Sequence record: DRR723986_5841
Reading direction: 5' to 3' (one strand)
DNA: 53,356 nucleotides
Part shown: positions 48,814-53,356 of the stretch, piece by piece
How positions within the stretch are numbered: the stretch's first letter is position 1
Layout of the letters: each line of letters begins with the position of its first letter
Notes under the pieces: model-generated
The model's input: only the letters and a program-made list of their open reading frames with translations
What the model was told of the DNA's origin: nothing
The model's database searches: none
Made by a program: the position numbers and the translations under genes

Positions 48814-50451
48814 ATGAAGTTAAGGTTGTCTTGGATCACCCCGAACCAACGCATGGTATTGGTGGTTTCATTGTTCATCATGCTCACGGGCAATTACACA
48901 TTTCTAAATCGGGTTGCGGACATCTACTTTGCCGATTCAGGGCATCTGGCTTTTTTTGTTTCGGTGTTTTTTCTGTTTGCCGCTGCCACAGCGTTTCTGT
49001 TGAACTTTCTGGCTTATCGCGGCCTCACTGCGCCGGTTCTGGCTATTTTCCTGTTGATCTCCAGTGCAACAGCATACTTTACGGACAAATATGGCACCGT
49101 ATTGAATGATGAAATGCTGATCAACATGTTACAGACAAATGTATCTGAAGCAGGCGATCTTTTAAGTGTGAGCTTGGTGATTCGCCTGTTGGTGTTTGGG
49201 GTAATACCCGCTGTGTTGCTGGTTCGGTACCGGCCGAATTCTATGGGACCTGTGGCTGAAATCCGCGGAATGTTGTTCTCTGGATTGTTATTGATCCTCT
49301 TTATGGTCTTGTGTATTGCGCCGTTTACGTCGACTTACGCCAGTTTTTTTCGTGAACACAAATCAGTCCGTTTTTACGCCAATCCAACCTATGTGACTTA
49401 TTCCGCCGTGAATTTGGCAGGTCGAATATTCAAAGACCAGGGAAGTCAGAAAATTTCCGCTGTTGCAACAGATGCGAAACCGACCGAAGTACTTGAAAGC
49501 GAAGAGCCACGTGAGTTAATTGTGCTTGTAGTGGGTGAAACAGCAAGAGCAGACCGATTTTCTTTGAACGGGTACGCCCGAGAAACGAATCCGAATCTTC
49601 AAAAAGAGGAGCTAGTCAGCCTGAAAAATGTGACGTCCTGTGGCACCTCCACCGCAGTCTCGGTGCCTTGCATGTTCTCTGATTTGACTGAAACACACTT
49701 TTCACTTGAAAAGGTCGCCAAACTGGAGAATGCACTGGACGTGCTGCAGCGCAATGGTGTTGAAGTGCTGTGGCGTGATAACAATTCGGACAGCAAGGGT
49801 GTGGCACTGAGGGTGGCATACGAAAATTTTCGGACGCCTGAGAAAAACCCGATTTGTGACGAAGAATGCCGCGATGTGGGTATGTTGAAAGGGCTCGAGG
49901 ACTACATAGATCAACGTGCCGGAAAGGATATTTTGATCGTATTGCATCAAATGGGTAATCACGGCCCAGCCTACTACAAGCGCTATCCCAAAGAGTTTGA
50001 GCACTTTACACCCGTGTGTAAAACCAATGAATTGGCCAACTGCACCCGTGAAGAAATTGACAACGCGTATGACAATGCCGTTCGTTACACCGATTATTTT
50101 TTAAGTCAGGTTATTACGTTTCTCAAGAAATATGATGGGTCTCATGAAACTGCGATGTTGTATGTAAGTGATCATGGTGAGTCGCTTGGAGAATATGGCA
50201 TGTACCTGCATGGAGCTCCCAAAGCTTTCGCTCCTGAAGCGCAAACGCATGTTGCTTCCGTGGTGTGGTTCGGTTCTAATTTTGATTACAAGCTTGCTGA
50301 CTTACTCCCCTACGAGAAAGACCACTTGACACACGATGCCTTGTTCTGCACTTTGTTGATGGCTTACGAGTTGGACACGCCCACATGCTCCGAAAGTCGA
50401 AAGACGATTCAAGCGCAGCACAACTCCTCTATTGTGATTGGTCGGCAGTAA
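48814..50451 (+). CDS. eptA: Lipid A phosphoethanolamine transferase (EptA/MCR family)
   Basis: Five N-terminal TMs, VVGETARAD, CGTSTAVSVPCMFS (catalytic Thr), HQMGNHGPAY, SDHGESLGE, YLHG. Confidence 0.93.
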   Translation: MKLRLSWITPNQRMVLVVSLFIMLTGNYTFLNRVADIYFADSGHLAFFVSVFFLFAAATAFLLNFLAYRGLTAPVLAIFLLISSATAYFTDKYGTVLNDEMLINMLQTNVSEAGDLLSVSLVIRLLVFGVIPAVLLVRYRPNSMGPVAEIRGMLFSGLLLILFMVLCIAPFTSTYASFFREHKSVRFYANPTYVTYSAVNLAGRIFKDQGSQKISAVATDAKPTEVLESEEPRELIVLVVGETARADRFSLNGYARETNPNLQKEELVSLKNVTSCGTSTAVSVPCMFSDLTETHFSLEKVAKLENALDVLQRNGVEVLWRDNNSDSKGVALRVAYENFRTPEKNPICDEECRDVGMLKGLEDYIDQRAGKDILIVLHQMGNHGPAYYKRYPKEFEHFTPVCKTNELANCTREEIDNAYDNAVRYTDYFLSQVITFLKKYDGSHETAMLYVSDHGESLGEYGMYLHGAPKAFAPEAQTHVASVVWFGSNFDYKLADLLPYEKDHLTHDALFCTLLMAYELDTPTCSESRKTIQAQHNSSIVIGRQ

Positions 50452-51130
50452 ACTCAGGGCTCCTGAGGTGTTCGCTGCCATAGTAGATCAAGGGTATTGC
50501 CCAGCAGATCCAGGCTGTTGCGAGTACATGGCTGAGAAAATGGGCTCCCTTCGTGATTTGCACCGCCCCTGCCAAAGTCCCAGACAGCAACAGTAAAACT
50601 GCGACTGACTTTCTTTGTTTTCTTAGCCATGGCAAGGGGCTGTACAGCAAGACAATCCACATAAAGGCTGTGGATGCATGTCCACTCGGAAAACATCGGC
50701 CAGGCCCGGTGTTTTGAGTGTCGAATGTTCTTTCAAAAAGACGCAGATAATCAGCTGTGCCCCCATACATGGATAAGTCCCAAGGACAGCTGTGGACAGA
50801 GCTAGATTTCAACATACTAACAATCACCGCAGCCAGCAAGCTGATGGCCAATATCTTTAATATTTCTCGCCGAGCCGCCGCGTCACACTTGGGTAATATT
50901 GCTGCGATGAGTAAGCCTAGCCAAATAAGCACAGTTAGCCAGCGCAAACCGTCATGAAACAACAGTGTCAACGAGTGATTGTCTTTCAGGGGGAATCGAC
51001 TGGTTTCAGCGTCGTAGAACAGGTTGCTCAAGGCAACATCCGAGTTGGTATAGCGGTTCAGGGCAAAGCACACCAAGCCGAGTAAAAGCCACGCGACGAA
51101 GTTTTGCAAATAACGTGATCGTTGACTCAT
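50429..51130 (-). CDS. PAP2-family membrane phosphatase
   Basis: K...SCPWD, CFPSGHAS, GAHFLSH motifs; multiple TMs. Confidence 0.88.
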   Translation of the reverse strand: MSQRSRYLQNFVAWLLLGLVCFALNRYTNSDVALSNLFYDAETSRFPLKDNHSLTLLFHDGLRWLTVLIWLGLLIAAILPKCDAAARREILKILAISLLAAVIVSMLKSSSVHSCPWDLSMYGGTADYLRLFERTFDTQNTGPGRCFPSGHASTAFMWIVLLYSPLPWLRKQRKSVAVLLLLSGTLAGAVQITKGAHFLSHVLATAWICWAIPLIYYGSEHLRSPEFTADQSQ

Positions 51131-51142
51131 GCGATAGTACTT

Positions 51143-52264
51143 TCAGTTTGAGTGACCCAAATCCGACAAAGGGTGCAAGCCCTCAAAGCGAGGTTTCAGG
51201 ATGTCGTGGATCTCGTCTCCAGACAAATCACTTAGGCGAACTGGGTTCCATTTTGGTGATTTGTCTTTGTCCACAAGCAAAGCGCGCACGCCCTCCGGGA
51301 AGTCGTGGTGTACGCAGCAGCCGATGGAGGCCTGATATTCAAGCCGCAATACATCAGCCAAGTCTGCACCCGCATGGCGTTTCATCAATTCATAAGATAA
51401 TAAAGCCGAAGTGGGAGAGCCGTTTACATATGCTTGTGCTGCTTTGGCCAGCCAGGCTACCTCGCTATGTTGCAATGCGCGCAAGGATACGTCGATTTCA
51501 GCCAGATTGTCATGGTTCATTACGGCATCAATTTCTTTTGCGTGTGTATGTAACAAAGGCGTGGGTGCGTTCACTTCAAACTGTTTCAGCAGGGCAGACA
51601 ATTTCACCTTGTCCGTTTGCAGGTCGCTTTGCCAGTTTGTTTTCTCAATTGCGTGCAACACATCTGAAAACTGCGCATGTTCTATCACCGCATCGGCCCA
51701 TTTGCCCAGCAACGCATCACCCGCGTTGATGATTGCGCCAGTCAACGCCAGAAACAAACCTGTGCGCTCGGGCATGCGATGCAAGAACCATGTGCCGGCC
51801 ACATCAGGGTACAAACCAATGTGAATTTCCGGCATTGCAATGCGTGCATTGGGGCTGACCACGCGGTGCGATGCGCCTACCATTAAACCCACGCCACCAC
51901 CCATCACAATGCCGTGTGCCCAACACAAAATGGGTTTGGGGTAGGTGTGTATGCGGTAGTCCAAGCGATACTCACGTTCGAAAAATGCCTCGGCTTCAGG
52001 TGGTACTACGCCTGCCCCTACACGCTTGCTGGCGTGGTGCAAACTCACCACATCACCGCCTGCACAAAAGGCTTTGTCGCCTGCTGCGCTCAACACCACT
52101 CCTGCAATCGAATCGTCTTCCGCCCAGCTTTTTAATTGGGGGTCGAGCAGGTCGATCATGGGCAAGGTGAGTGCATTGAGTGCGGCAGGGTTGTTAAGCA
52201 CGGCGTGGCCAAAACTGTGGCCGCTTGCGGTGATGAAAGTACTGAATGTGACAGGTGCTGACAT
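51143..52264 (-). CDS. Enoyl-CoA hydratase/isomerase family, 3-hydroxyisobutyryl-CoA hydrolase-like
   Basis: ALNAL, AFCAGGD, GIVMGGGVG, AMPEIHIGLYPDV, DFPEGVRALLVDKD. Confidence 0.9.
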   Translation of the reverse strand: MSAPVTFSTFITASGHSFGHAVLNNPAALNALTLPMIDLLDPQLKSWAEDDSIAGVVLSAAGDKAFCAGGDVVSLHHASKRVGAGVVPPEAEAFFEREYRLDYRIHTYPKPILCWAHGIVMGGGVGLMVGASHRVVSPNARIAMPEIHIGLYPDVAGTWFLHRMPERTGLFLALTGAIINAGDALLGKWADAVIEHAQFSDVLHAIEKTNWQSDLQTDKVKLSALLKQFEVNAPTPLLHTHAKEIDAVMNHDNLAEIDVSLRALQHSEVAWLAKAAQAYVNGSPTSALLSYELMKRHAGADLADVLRLEYQASIGCCVHHDFPEGVRALLVDKDKSPKWNPVRLSDLSGDEIHDILKPRFEGLHPLSDLGHSN

Positions 52265-52315
52265 GACTGTATTGGGATGTAAGATTCTCGAATTGAGTGC
52301 AGAAGATACACCAAT

Positions 52316-52350
52316 AAAAAAAGCCCGGTGCTTTCACACCGGGCTTTTTT
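52316..52350. terminator. Rho-independent terminator after katG (bidirectional type)
   Basis: A7-GCCCGGTG-N-CACCGGGC-T6. Confidence 0.85.
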
Positions 52351-52365
52351 CACAGCCAGTTCAAA

Positions 52366-53355
<990 letters not shown>

Positions 53356-53356
53356 G

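Noticed and set aside
50965-51729. 254-aa plus-strand ORF
   Set aside because: Antisense to the PAP2 and hydrolase genes, with no RBS or domain signal.

Overview
A 53-kb chromosomal segment of a betaproteobacterium; gene content and style suggest Burkholderiales, possibly Limnobacter-like (inference). In order it holds: a tRNA cluster (Pro-Arg-His); a large amidohydrolase lipoprotein, ovothiol synthase OvoA and a subtilase; and an envelope module (two paralogous small secreted proteins, an OprO/P-type porin, a two-component system, an exported iota-class carbonic anhydrase, a DUF3034 barrel, an exported truncated globin). Four promoters in that module share the same phased TTCAT-repeat layout. 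Next comes a complete phenol catabolic cluster: the lower meta pathway dmpC-I with a BNR/RND/DUF1302/DUF1329 quartet, converging on dmpKLMNOP-Q-B and a DmpR-type activator, with visible sigma54, IHF-like and UAS sites. After that are a CocE/NonD hydrolase, an AraC regulator, and a yybP-ykoY Mn riboswitch with its UPF0016 exporter. A PmrA-box-led operon follows (GNAT-like 'thermostable hemolysin', adenylation enzyme, heme-oxygenase-like diiron enzyme, SDR, TPR protein, PmrAB/QseBC-like pair, MCR-like EptA), then PAP2, an enoyl-CoA hydratase-family hydrolase and the 3' part of katG. I found no integrase, transposase or CRISPR array. The best candidate for an undescribed system is the TTCAT regulon around the iota-carbonic anhydrase; the second is the diiron-enzyme operon linked to lipid A modification.
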